In this document: one piece after another, positions 54,929 through 63,615 of the stretch
How positions within the stretch are numbered: position 1 is the first letter of the stretch
Layout: the number at the start of each line of letters is the position of its first letter
Assembly: GCA_025456205.1 (NCBI GenBank)
Contig: JALOLA010000004.1
Coordinates: 21,980-85,979, forward strand
DNA from: Acidobacteriota bacterium
GTDB taxonomy: Bacteria; Acidobacteriota; Aminicenantia; UBA2199
Reading direction: 5' to 3'
Length of the DNA: 64,000 nt
Position numbers and translations under genes: made by a program
The notes under the pieces: model-generated
Told to the model about the DNA's origin: nothing
Databases searched by the model: none
What the model saw: the letters and a program-made list of their open reading frames with translations, nothing else

Positions 54929-56245
54929 TCAGGACGGCCGCCGCTGCTCCTGGCGCGGGCGCCCGCCCGGGCCGCCGCCGGAGCGTCCCCGCTGGGGACG
55001 GCCGTCGCGCGGCCGGTCTCCCCGCGGCCGGTCGCCATGGGGGCGGCCGGGGCGGCGCTCACGGTCCGCTGCCTCGCCGTAGCGGGGCTTGAAGACCATG
55101 CCTCGGCTCTTGTCGCGCAGGAACATCTCGTCCTCGGCGTAAACGACGGGGATCTTGCTGGTGAGAAGCTCCTGGATCGGCTCGAGGTTGGTTACCCATT
55201 TCTCGCAGGCCAGGGTGACGGCCTTGCCGCTCTTGCCGGCGCGGGCGGTGCGGCCGATGCGGTGCACGTAGTTCTCGCACTCGCCGGGAAGGTCGTAGTT
55301 GACCACCATGTCCAGGTCCTCGATGTGCAGGCCGCGGGCGGCGACGTCGGTGGCCACCACGATCTTCTGCTTGCCCGCCTTGAAGTCGTCGATGATGCGC
55401 TGGCGGCGGCTCTGGGCCAGGTCGCCGGTCAGGAACTCGTTGGGGAAGCCGTTGATCTCCAGGCGGCGGCTCAGGCGTTCGGCGTCGCATTTCATGTTGG
55501 TGAAGATCAGGACGCTGCGGGGCTGATCCCGCTTCAGGATGCCCAGCAGCAGGCTGACCTTGTCGCGGCTGCCCACGTGGTAGAGCTCCTGGTTGACGGC
55601 GTCGACGGTGATCTTCTCCGGGGTGATGGCGATCTTTTCGGGCTGGTTCATGTGCTCGCGGGCGATCTGCAGGGCGGGGCCCGAGAGCGTGGCGCTGAAG
55701 AGCATGGTCTGGCGGTACTCCACCGCCGGCACCCGGCGCAGGATGCGGCGGATGTCGGGCAGGAAGCCCATGTCGAAGAGGCGATCGGCCTCGTCAATGA
55801 CCAGGAAGCCGATGCCCTTCATGCTCAGCGTTCCCTTCTGCTCCAGGTCGAGCAGGCGGCCCGGGGTGCCGACCATGATGTCCACGCCCTTTTTCAGGGC
55901 GGCTTCCTGGCGATTGTAGCCCACGCCGCCGTAGAAGCAGGCGCTGCGCAGGTTCAGGTGGCGGCCGATGAGCCTGGCCTCGGCCTCGATCTGCACGGCC
56001 AGCTCGCGGGTGGGGGCGATGATCAGCGCTTTTCTCCAGGCGGCGGCCACCGCTTGCTGGCGCTGGAAGATGGTGATCAGGAAGGCGGCGGTCTTGCCGG
56101 TGCCGGTCTGCGACTGGGCGGCAATGTCCCTGCCGGCCAGGGAGAACGCCAGGGTCTTTTCCTGGACCGGGGTCAGCTCGGTGAAGCCCATGTCCTTGAT
56201 CCCCCGCAGCAGCGGCGGATCGAGTTGCAATTCTTCAAAGGTCAT
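54929..56245 (-). CDS. DEAD-box ATP-dependent RNA helicase (RhlE/DeaD-like) with Arg/Gly-rich C-terminal tail
   Basis: Q-motif and GTGKT (motif I), DEAD (VIDEADRLFDMGF), SAT, and HRIGRTARAG (motif VI). Confidence 0.9.
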   Translation of the reverse strand: MTFEELQLDPPLLRGIKDMGFTELTPVQEKTLAFSLAGRDIAAQSQTGTGKTAAFLITIFQRQQAVAAAWRKALIIAPTRELAVQIEAEARLIGRHLNLRSACFYGGVGYNRQEAALKKGVDIMVGTPGRLLDLEQKGTLSMKGIGFLVIDEADRLFDMGFLPDIRRILRRVPAVEYRQTMLFSATLSGPALQIAREHMNQPEKIAITPEKITVDAVNQELYHVGSRDKVSLLLGILKRDQPRSVLIFTNMKCDAERLSRRLEINGFPNEFLTGDLAQSRRQRIIDDFKAGKQKIVVATDVAARGLHIEDLDMVVNYDLPGECENYVHRIGRTARAGKSGKAVTLACEKWVTNLEPIQELLTSKIPVVYAEDEMFLRDKSRGMVFKPRYGEAADRERRPGRPHGDRPRGDRPRDGRPQRGRSGGGPGGRPRQEQRRPS

Positions 56246-56410
56246 CGTGTTTTTCTACCTCGTGTTCAATTTCATTAAGGGGTTGGGAAGGATCGCTCGG
56301 GTGAATCGAATGACACGCTTTATTCGGTCTGTTTCTAGCAAAGCCCTAATCTCTTAATGGAATATTCTATCCCAGTCGCGGCTGTTTGTCAAATCTTGTT
56401 TTTAAAGAAA

Positions 56411-56524
56411 AGTTCGAAGTTCGAAGTTCGACGTTCGAAGTGCAGGAAAAAAGCATGCGTCCGAACCCGTTGCGATTAAACCTGGGTTGTTCAACATCGA
56501 ACAGCGAACGTCGAACATCGAACC
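56411..56524. repeat. Heptamer-tandem inverted repeat element R8 (unit AAGTTCG / its complement CGAACNT), about 45-bp loop with gcatgc
   Basis: Left arm agttcgaagttcgaagttcgacgttcgaagtgc (56411-56443). Right arm gttgttcaacatcgaacagcgaacgtcgaacatcgaacc (56486-56524). Lies in the divergent region between the helicase and GT2 genes. Confidence 0.8.
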
Positions 56525-56586
56525 TTTGGCAAATGCCCAATTCCTCACGCCTTGTAATATGGCTCCGTCTGTGTTAAAAATGGGCA

Positions 56587-57576
56587 ATGAACAAGACGCT
56601 GGTATCGATCGTCATCCCGGTATTCAACGAGGCCGAGAACGTCGGCCCCCTGCACGCCGAGATCGCCGCGGCCGTCAAGGGCCGGCCCGAGGAATACGAG
56701 TTCATCTTCGTGGACGACGGCAGCTCCGACGGCTCGCTGGACGAACTCAGGAAACTGCATGCCGCCGATCCGCGGGTCAAGGTCATCCAGTTCCGCAAGA
56801 ACTTCGGGCAAAGCGCCGCCATATCGGCCGGCTTCGATCTCAGCTGCGGCGGGGTGGTCGTAGCCATGGATGCCGACCTGCAGAACGACCCGGTTGACAT
56901 CCCGCTGCTGGTGGACAAGGTGACGGAGGGCTACGACATCGTCAACGGCTGGCGCAAGGACCGGCGCGACAAGTGGCTGACCCGCCGCGTGCCCTCCTTC
57001 TTCGGCAACAAGCTCATCTCCTGGATCACGGGCGTCAAGCTGCACGACTACGGCTGCACCCTGCGCGGCTTCCGCAGCGACGTGGTCAAGAACCTGAAGC
57101 TGTACGGAGAGATGCACCGCTACATCCCGGCCATCGCCTCGCGCATGGGCATCCGTTCTGCCGAGGTCGTCGTCAACCACCGCGAACGCATGCATGGCAA
57201 GTCCAAATACGGCCTGGGGCGCACTTTCCGCGTCATCCTCGACCTGATCTCGATCAAGTTCCTGCTGGCCTATTCGCACCGGCCGCTGCAGATCTTCGGC
57301 GGCGCCGGGCTGTTCCTGTTCCTGGCCGGCCTGGTCAGCGGCCTCTACCTGACCTATACCAAGTTCGTCCTCAACCAGGGCATCGCCGGCCGGCCGCTGC
57401 TGTTCTTCACCCTGCTGATGTTCTTCCTCGGCTTCCAGGCCATCTCTCTCGGGCTGCTGGCCGAGATGCTCTCGCGCATCTACCACGAGGGACTGGACAA
57501 GAACGAATACTCCATCCGCGAACTCATCGGATTTGCCAATGAAAATATTAATGATCGCCCCCGAGCCGTTCTTTGA
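56587..57576 (+). CDS. GT2 family polyprenyl-phosphate sugar synthase (DPM1/ArnC/GtrB-like) with C-terminal TM helices
   Basis: VSIVIPVFNEAENV ... FVDDGSSDGS ... DADLQND (DxD) and two C-terminal TM segments. Confidence 0.85.
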   Translation: MNKTLVSIVIPVFNEAENVGPLHAEIAAAVKGRPEEYEFIFVDDGSSDGSLDELRKLHAADPRVKVIQFRKNFGQSAAISAGFDLSCGGVVVAMDADLQNDPVDIPLLVDKVTEGYDIVNGWRKDRRDKWLTRRVPSFFGNKLISWITGVKLHDYGCTLRGFRSDVVKNLKLYGEMHRYIPAIASRMGIRSAEVVVNHRERMHGKSKYGLGRTFRVILDLISIKFLLAYSHRPLQIFGGAGLFLFLAGLVSGLYLTYTKFVLNQGIAGRPLLFFTLLMFFLGFQAISLGLLAEMLSRIYHEGLDKNEYSIRELIGFANENINDRPRAVL

Positions 57577-58708
57577 GCCGCGCGGGACCCCTTTTTCCGA
57601 ATACTTCCGCATCCGGGCGCTGTCGGCCCTTGGGCACAGCGTGGACCTGGTCACTTATCCCTTCGGTGCGGACAAGGACATCCCGGGCCTGCGCATCTTC
57701 CGCTGCTGGCGCCCGCCCGGCATCCGGGCGGTGAAGACCGGGCCGTCGGCGGCCAAGCTGGTCCTCGATCTTTTCCTGTTCGCCAAGGCGCTCGGCCGCT
57801 TGCTCAGCGGGAAGTACGATCTGGTGCACACCCATGAGGAAGCGAACATCATGGGCGTCGTCTGCCAGAAGCTGACCAAGACCCCGCACCTGTACGACAT
57901 GCATTCCTCGCTGGTACAGCAGATGGACAACTTCCGCTTCACGCGCTCCCGCGCCGTCGTGCGCTTCTTCCGCTTCATCGAGACCGCCTCCCTGAGGAAC
58001 GCCGCCTCGGTCATCGTCATCTGCCGTTCGTTGTTCGACCACGCCGCCGGCATCACCGCGGCGGCCAAGCTGACCCTGATCGAGAACTTCATGGATGACC
58101 GCCCCCCGGCCAGCGACGGGGACAAGAGGCTGGGCCTGCGGAAAACGCTCGACCCCGGCGGCAAGACGATCGTCATGTACACCGGTACCCTGGAAACATA
58201 CCAGGGCATTCCCCTCCTGCTCGACAGCATGCAGCGCCTGGGCGGCGAGTACCGGCTGGTCCTGGTCGGGGGCACGGCGTCCCAGGTCGAGGGCCTGCGC
58301 CTGGAACTGGCGGCCCGGGGGCTGGCGGAGAGGGTCGTGCTCGTCGGCCGGCAGCCCGCCGACGAAATTCCCTACTATCTCCAGGCGGCGGACGTGCTGG
58401 TCTCGCCGCGCACCCTGGGGACCAACATTCCCCTGAAGGTCTATTCCTACCTGGCCAGCGGCGTGCCGGTCGTGGCCACCGACCTGCCCACGCACACCCA
58501 GACCATCACTTCCGCCATCGCCGTCCTGGCCAGGCCGGAGCCGGATGCGTTCGCCGCCGGCATCGCCCGCGCGGCCGGCGGGGAGGGCCGGGCGCTGGCG
58601 GCCGCGGCCCGGGACTTCTGCCGCCGCAATTACTCCCCGGAGCGCTACCGGGAGCTGGTGGCGGCCGCCCTGGCCAAGGCCGTCCAGCCGCGGCCCGTCG
58701 CCGGCTGA
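57533..58708 (+). CDS. GT4 family (GT-B fold) glycosyltransferase
   Basis: N-terminal KILMIAPEPF, C-terminal EX7E-like region and GT-B pattern. Overlaps the GT2 gene by 44 nt. Confidence 0.8.
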   Translation: MPMKILMIAPEPFFEPRGTPFSEYFRIRALSALGHSVDLVTYPFGADKDIPGLRIFRCWRPPGIRAVKTGPSAAKLVLDLFLFAKALGRLLSGKYDLVHTHEEANIMGVVCQKLTKTPHLYDMHSSLVQQMDNFRFTRSRAVVRFFRFIETASLRNAASVIVICRSLFDHAAGITAAAKLTLIENFMDDRPPASDGDKRLGLRKTLDPGGKTIVMYTGTLETYQGIPLLLDSMQRLGGEYRLVLVGGTASQVEGLRLELAARGLAERVVLVGRQPADEIPYYLQAADVLVSPRTLGTNIPLKVYSYLASGVPVVATDLPTHTQTITSAIAVLARPEPDAFAAGIARAAGGEGRALAAAARDFCRRNYSPERYRELVAAALAKAVQPRPVAG

Positions 58709-58725
58709 ACCGCGGCCGGGCCCGT

Positions 58726-58754
58726 TTGACAAAAAAAAGACGTTATGATAATAC
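58726..58754 (+). promoter_or_regulatory. Sigma70-like promoter (TTGACA, 17 nt, TAATAC with upstream TG) for the PP2C-kinase operon
   Basis: ttgaca at 58726-58731 and tgataatac at 58746-58754, an AT-rich island in GC-rich DNA. Confidence 0.5.
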
Positions 58755-58773
58755 GAAAAAACGGAGGCAGGCC

Positions 58774-58872
58774 ATGAATTTATCCGCCCGGGCGGCCAAG
58801 GGGACGCGGAACGGCAGGGGAACGGCAGGCACGCCTGGCGGGCCGACCGCGAGCGCAGGCCTGCGCCATTGA
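58774..58872 (+). CDS. Candidate 32-aa upstream ORF / leader peptide (MNLSARAAKGTRNGRGTAGTPGGPTASAGLRH)
   Basis: ATG at 58774 with SD acggagg 6 nt upstream. Stop sits 10 nt before the PP2C ATG. Not in the supplied ORF track, presumably below its length cutoff. Confidence 0.3.
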   Translation: MNLSARAAKGTRNGRGTAGTPGGPTASAGLRH

Positions 58873-58882
58873 GCGTGCGCGG

Positions 58883-60652
58883 ATGAACATCCATTTTTTC
58901 GCCAAGAGCGATATCGGCAAGGTGCGCTCTGCCAACGAGGATTTTTTCCTCAACGAGAAGATCGCGGACAACGAATACCTGTTCATCGTCGCCGACGGCA
59001 TGGGCGGGCACCAGGCCGGCGACGTCGCCTCCAAGCTGGCCTCGGAGACCTTTTTCGACGCCTACCGCGGCCAGAGAAAAAAAGGCACGGCCATCCCGGC
59101 CAGCATGGAGCAGTCGGTGCGCAAGGCCAACAGCGTCGTGTTCCGCAAGGCGGCCGCCGACATCGAAAAGCGGGGCATGGGCACGACGTTCTCGGCCGTG
59201 GTCATCTCGGGCATGAAGGCCTACATCGCCCATGTCGGCGATTCGCGCATCTACCTGGTGCGCAAAAACCGCATCAAGCGCATCACCACCGACCACTCCT
59301 TCGTTGAGAAACTGGTGGAGGAGGGCCGGATCTCTCCCGACGAGGCCCGCGACCATCCCCAGAAAAACGTTCTCTACATGTCGCTGGGCGCCCGCGAGAG
59401 CTTCACCCCGGAGATCATGAACGACATCGTCCTCGAGGACGGCGATGCCCTGGTCATGTGCTCCGACGGCTTGAGCAACATGGTGGACGACGAGACCATA
59501 AGGAACATCACCATGGGCGACTACCCGCAGGAAGCGGCCGACGCGCTGGTGCGGCTGGCCAATGCCCATGGCGGCTCCGACAACATCACCGTCCAGGTGA
59601 TCCGCCTGGGGTCCCTGGAAATGCTCGAAAAAACCAAGCCCATCCGCCTGAGCCGGCCGCGGCGCAAGCTGATCAAGGGGATCGCCGCCATGCTGCTCCT
59701 GGTCCTGCTCGCCGTCCTGGCGTACGTTTTTTTCGCAGCGAACGGCAGCCGGGCCGCTGCCAGGAACGGCATCACCCGCCCGGCCCGGCCCGTGGCGAAG
59801 AAACGGGCACCGCGCATCAGCGAGATCGATTCATCGCGGCTCAACGGCCTGGGCGTTGTCGCTGCCGACTGCCGCTTCCTGAGCGGCCGCAAGCTGCACG
59901 TCGTGCAGGGCCGGCGGCTGTTCGTGTTCCACTTGGACAGCCCGGAGATGGTCTCGATCGTCCTGGGAGCGGGCGAACAGGTCGTGCCCAGCCGGGATGG
60001 CGGGATCTATGTGCTGCGGCGCGAGCCGACGCAGGAGCTCGGCTACCAGCTCGTGGAGCGGGGCACGAACCGGACCCTGCTGCAGATCCGCCATGACGGG
60101 CAGGTGATCTCCAAGGAGAGCCGGCCCGGCAGCGTTTCCCTGTACAAGATCGCCGGCCTCCAGGGCAGCATCACCCCGGATTACATCGATGAGAACATCT
60201 TCGTCTTCCATGACCGGCAGCGCTACTTCAAGATCAAGAACTGGCAGACACCCGACAGCATGCCGGTGCTGGTGAAAGGCCTGGCCGTGACGGCAGGGTC
60301 GCGGCTGGGCTTCAAAAGCGGCCCGGAGGGCATGACCATGCTCTACAGCGACGCTGACAGCGGCCGCGCCGCCCTCTTCCGCGTCGGCAACGTTGTCGAG
60401 AAGATCAGTGAATTTCCCCTGTCGCGGCTGCCGCAGCCCCTGCTGCTGGAATACGCCGGCGGCCAGGCGTTGCTCTGCTATTACCCGGACCAATGCCTGG
60501 AGATGGAGGGTGACCTCCAGCTGGCGAGCCACCATTATTTCTTCAACAATTTCCAGCTCAGGATCGTCAAGGTGCTGGTGGACATGGCCGACGGCCTCAA
60601 GCTCATCGTCAACGACGGCAACAAGTTCTTTACCCTGACCTGCGACCCATGA
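58883..60652 (+). CDS. PP2C-family Ser/Thr phosphatase with TM helix and large C-terminal extracytoplasmic domain
   Basis: FIVADGMGGHQAGDVAS, MGTTFSAV and CSDGLSN are PPM motifs. TM at IAAMLLLVLLAVLAYVFF. Confidence 0.85.
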   Translation: MNIHFFAKSDIGKVRSANEDFFLNEKIADNEYLFIVADGMGGHQAGDVASKLASETFFDAYRGQRKKGTAIPASMEQSVRKANSVVFRKAAADIEKRGMGTTFSAVVISGMKAYIAHVGDSRIYLVRKNRIKRITTDHSFVEKLVEEGRISPDEARDHPQKNVLYMSLGARESFTPEIMNDIVLEDGDALVMCSDGLSNMVDDETIRNITMGDYPQEAADALVRLANAHGGSDNITVQVIRLGSLEMLEKTKPIRLSRPRRKLIKGIAAMLLLVLLAVLAYVFFAANGSRAAARNGITRPARPVAKKRAPRISEIDSSRLNGLGVVAADCRFLSGRKLHVVQGRRLFVFHLDSPEMVSIVLGAGEQVVPSRDGGIYVLRREPTQELGYQLVERGTNRTLLQIRHDGQVISKESRPGSVSLYKIAGLQGSITPDYIDENIFVFHDRQRYFKIKNWQTPDSMPVLVKGLAVTAGSRLGFKSGPEGMTMLYSDADSGRAALFRVGNVVEKISEFPLSRLPQPLLLEYAGGQALLCYYPDQCLEMEGDLQLASHHYFFNNFQLRIVKVLVDMADGLKLIVNDGNKFFTLTCDP

Positions 60653-62535
60653 TCAAGATCGGCGAAAAACTGGGCCATTTCCTGATCAAGGCCGAGATCG
60701 GCCGCGGCGGCATGGGCACCATCTACTTCGCCGTGGACACCATGCTCAACCGGGAAGTGGCGCTGAAGGTCGTCCACCCGCAGCTGGCCGACAACCAGCA
60801 GCTGATGGAGCGCTTCAAGATCGAGGCCATGACCCAGGCACGCCTTAACCATCCCAACATCGTCACCATCTTCAGCTTCAACAGGATCGAGGACGAGTAT
60901 GTCATCGCCATGGAGTACATCGCCGGCCGGAGCCTGAAGGAGATGCTCCAGGAAAAGAAGCAGCTCCATCCCGCCGAAGCCGTCGACATCATCACCCAGG
61001 TCGCCGAGGGGCTGCGCTACGCCCACGCCCACAACGTGATCCACCGCGACATCAAGCCGGCGAACATCCTGGTCAGCCGCGACGGCAAGGTGAAGATCTC
61101 GGATTTCGGCATCGCCAAGATCCTCGGCGCCCAGGGCTTGACCAAGACCGGCATCCTGATCGGCACGCCCTGGTACACCTCGCCGGAGCAGATCGTCGGC
61201 AAGGAGATCGACTTTCGCACCGACCTGTATTCCCTCGGGGTCACCTTCTACGAGCTGCTCACGGGCCGGGTGCCGTTCGATTCCGAGACCAACTCCGAGT
61301 TCCAGATCCAGAAAGCCCACCTGGAGACCCCGCCGCCGCGCCCGTCCATCTTCAACCCGGAGATCGGCATCAAGCTGGAAAAGATCATCCTGCAAGCCCT
61401 GCAGAAAAAAGTCGAGAAGCGCTTCCAGAACGCCCGCGACATGATCGAGGAATTGCACGGGGTGCGCAGCGACCTGACGCGGGCGGGCATGAGCGCCCCG
61501 CTGGAGGTCACCCAGAGGATCGTCAGGCGCAGCGAGGGCAAGCGCCGCCTGTTGCTGCTGCCGCTCAAGGCCCTTGCCTTCCTGGCCCTGCTCGTGGCCG
61601 GGATCGCCCTGTTCCTCGTCCTGACCGGGAAGAGCGGCATGGACGAGAGCAGGATCGGGCCGGCGGACAGGCCGGCTCCACGGGATTCCGGGGCGCTGCC
61701 GCCCCAGGGAACGGCGAAACCGGCCGCAACGACGGCAGGGGAGGCGGGCATGGCGGCCGTCCCGGTATCGGGGGCCAGCGCGGGCCCGCCCGGCCAGGGT
61801 GCTTCCCAACAGGCCCCCGGCGCCGAGGCGGATACGATCCGGGGCGCCGCGCCGGTCCCGGCGGATGCCTCCGGTGCCGCGCCGCGCGAATCCGGGCAGC
61901 TGCCGCCGGCCGGCAAGGACGAGGACTCCGCCGGCCAGCCGCTGCGCCGTGATGAGTCCCTGAAAACCACTGAGACGGTCCAGCGGCCTTCAGGCCGGGA
62001 AGCCGCCCCGGAACCGCCGGAGAATGGCGCCAGGTCCCTGGGAAGCCTGGACGAGGAGTTGGAGCGCCTGCGCCGCCTGCTGGAAACCAGGAATTTCATC
62101 GCTGCCGACCGCCTGGCGAACGCCCTGATCCGCTCCCAACCCGAAAGCAGGGCCTTCCCCATGCTGGGCAAGGTCAAATTCCTCCTCGGCCAGTTCCCGG
62201 CCGCCGCCAAGCTCTGGACGCGCGCCCTGCAGGAGAACATGCTGGTCTCCCTGGAGATGGTGCACGTGCACGGCGGCGCCGATGATTTCTGCCTCGGCCA
62301 GCTGAAGTTCAAGAAAGGTCTCATCCTCTTCAATTCCGATACCCGCGGCGATCACAGCCTGGCCCTCACTGCCGCCAATCTCCATCGGCTTACCCTGGGC
62401 GCCGACCTGGCCATCCACGTCAGCGGAACGGTCGGCGGCCAGGAGATCGATGAAAGTTTCATGGTGACCGGCAAGCTGCGCCGGCTGCACAAGGAGAAGT
62501 TCCTTGTCGATTTCATCAACGAACATGTGTTTTAG
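60649..62535 (+). CDS. Ser/Thr protein kinase (Hanks type) with TM helix and C-terminal domain
   Basis: GRGGMGTIYFA (G-loop), VALK (Lys), HRDIKPANILV (catalytic loop), DFGIA, and TM ALAFLALLVAGIALFLVL. Start overlaps the PP2C stop. Confidence 0.9.
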   Translation: MIKIGEKLGHFLIKAEIGRGGMGTIYFAVDTMLNREVALKVVHPQLADNQQLMERFKIEAMTQARLNHPNIVTIFSFNRIEDEYVIAMEYIAGRSLKEMLQEKKQLHPAEAVDIITQVAEGLRYAHAHNVIHRDIKPANILVSRDGKVKISDFGIAKILGAQGLTKTGILIGTPWYTSPEQIVGKEIDFRTDLYSLGVTFYELLTGRVPFDSETNSEFQIQKAHLETPPPRPSIFNPEIGIKLEKIILQALQKKVEKRFQNARDMIEELHGVRSDLTRAGMSAPLEVTQRIVRRSEGKRRLLLLPLKALAFLALLVAGIALFLVLTGKSGMDESRIGPADRPAPRDSGALPPQGTAKPAATTAGEAGMAAVPVSGASAGPPGQGASQQAPGAEADTIRGAAPVPADASGAAPRESGQLPPAGKDEDSAGQPLRRDESLKTTETVQRPSGREAAPEPPENGARSLGSLDEELERLRRLLETRNFIAADRLANALIRSQPESRAFPMLGKVKFLLGQFPAAAKLWTRALQENMLVSLEMVHVHGGADDFCLGQLKFKKGLILFNSDTRGDHSLALTAANLHRLTLGADLAIHVSGTVGGQEIDESFMVTGKLRRLHKEKFLVDFINEHVF

Positions 62536-62544
62536 GAGGCATGG

Positions 62545-63123
62545 ATGAAAAAAGATCAGCTCCCGGCGCCGTCCATCCTGGGCCGCGCCTGCGCCGGTTT
62601 TTCTTTCGCCGGCTTATGGCAGGAAACCAAGGTCCCCTTGCTGCTGGCCCTGCTCGCGCTGGCCGCGGTACTGGCGATGCTCCTCTGGCTCGCCCGCCGG
62701 CGGCGCCGGGACGACTTCCCCGAGATCCAGCCCGGGACCCCCTCCTCCAGGCCCGATCTGGGCATGACCCAGGTCGAGGATGCGGAGAGCGGCGTCGAGC
62801 GCAAGCCCTCGCCTTCCCCCGGCATCCATGGCAAGATCGAGGTCCTGGTCGGGGGCCAGCAGATCAGCTCCTACCTGGTCACCGACAACCCCCTGCCCAT
62901 CGGCCGCGATCCCGGCCAGGCCCTGGTGATCATCCAGGAACCGATCGTTTCCAAGCTGCATTGCCAGGTCTACGCCCAAGGCGGCCAGGTCTTTGTCAAG
63001 GACCTCAATTCCACCAATGGCATCTATGTGAACGACGTGAAGATCAGCGAGCGGCAGCTGCAGGACGGGGACGCGATCTTCCTCGGCAAGAAGGGGACCG
63101 TGCGGGTCATCTACCGCCGCTAG
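62545..63123 (+). CDS. FHA domain protein with N-terminal TM anchor
   Basis: FHA core LPIGRDPGQALVIIQEPIVSKLHCQVY...VFVKDLNSTNGIYVND. Confidence 0.8.
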   Translation: MKKDQLPAPSILGRACAGFSFAGLWQETKVPLLLALLALAAVLAMLLWLARRRRRDDFPEIQPGTPSSRPDLGMTQVEDAESGVERKPSPSPGIHGKIEVLVGGQQISSYLVTDNPLPIGRDPGQALVIIQEPIVSKLHCQVYAQGGQVFVKDLNSTNGIYVNDVKISERQLQDGDAIFLGKKGTVRVIYRR

Positions 63124-63131
63124 GAGGCAGC

Positions 63132-63596
63132 ATGAAGCGCATGATCGTCCTCGCCGTCGCCCTGGCTTCCATCGCCGGCCATGCCTGGGGCCAGAAGCCG
63201 GTCGACAGGGCCAGCCTGCTGCAGGACCCCGAATGGAAAAAGGTGTATGATGACTATGTGCCCGACGCGGGATGGATCGCCAGCCTGAGGAAAAGGTCGG
63301 AGGAACTCCGCGTCGATGTCTATTTCGCCTTCTGGTGCAGCGATTCCCTGAACCATGTTCCGGTGTTCCTCAAGATCATGGACGCGGTCAATGCCCCGGG
63401 ATTCCAGGCCGCCTTTTATGAAGTGGAGCGCAAGGCTCTTCCGGAGCAGAAGTACTATGTCGAGGGTTTGCAGGTGGAAAGAGTTCCCACTTTCATCTTC
63501 TACGCTGCCGGCGGCGAGATCGGGCGCATTGTCGAGAATCCATCCGCTTCCATCCTGGAAGATATCCTTGCCATCGCCAGCGGAGGCCAAAATTAA
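63132..63596 (+). CDS. Thioredoxin-fold protein, secreted (atypical WCSDS active-site region)
   Basis: Signal peptide. YFAFWCSDS sits at the position of the WCxxC motif. SD aggagg precedes ATG 63132. The track ORF 62541..63596 is a read-through frame fusion. Confidence 0.6.
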   Translation: MKRMIVLAVALASIAGHAWGQKPVDRASLLQDPEWKKVYDDYVPDAGWIASLRKRSEELRVDVYFAFWCSDSLNHVPVFLKIMDAVNAPGFQAAFYEVERKALPEQKYYVEGLQVERVPTFIFYAAGGEIGRIVENPSASILEDILAIASGGQN

Positions 63597-63615
63597 AAGA
63601 CCAGCCATCGTTGTT

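Noticed and set aside
56545-62333. 369-aa, 673-aa, 424-aa and 361-aa - strand ORFs
   Set aside because: Antisense to the GT2, GT4, PP2C and kinase genes.
62541-63131. Track ORF 62541..63596 (351 aa) as a single gene
   Set aside because: Frame read-through. Its C-terminal 155 aa are the thioredoxin-like protein, which has its own SD (aggagg) and ATG at 63132. The upstream part is a Pro/Arg/Gly-rich alternate frame of the FHA gene.
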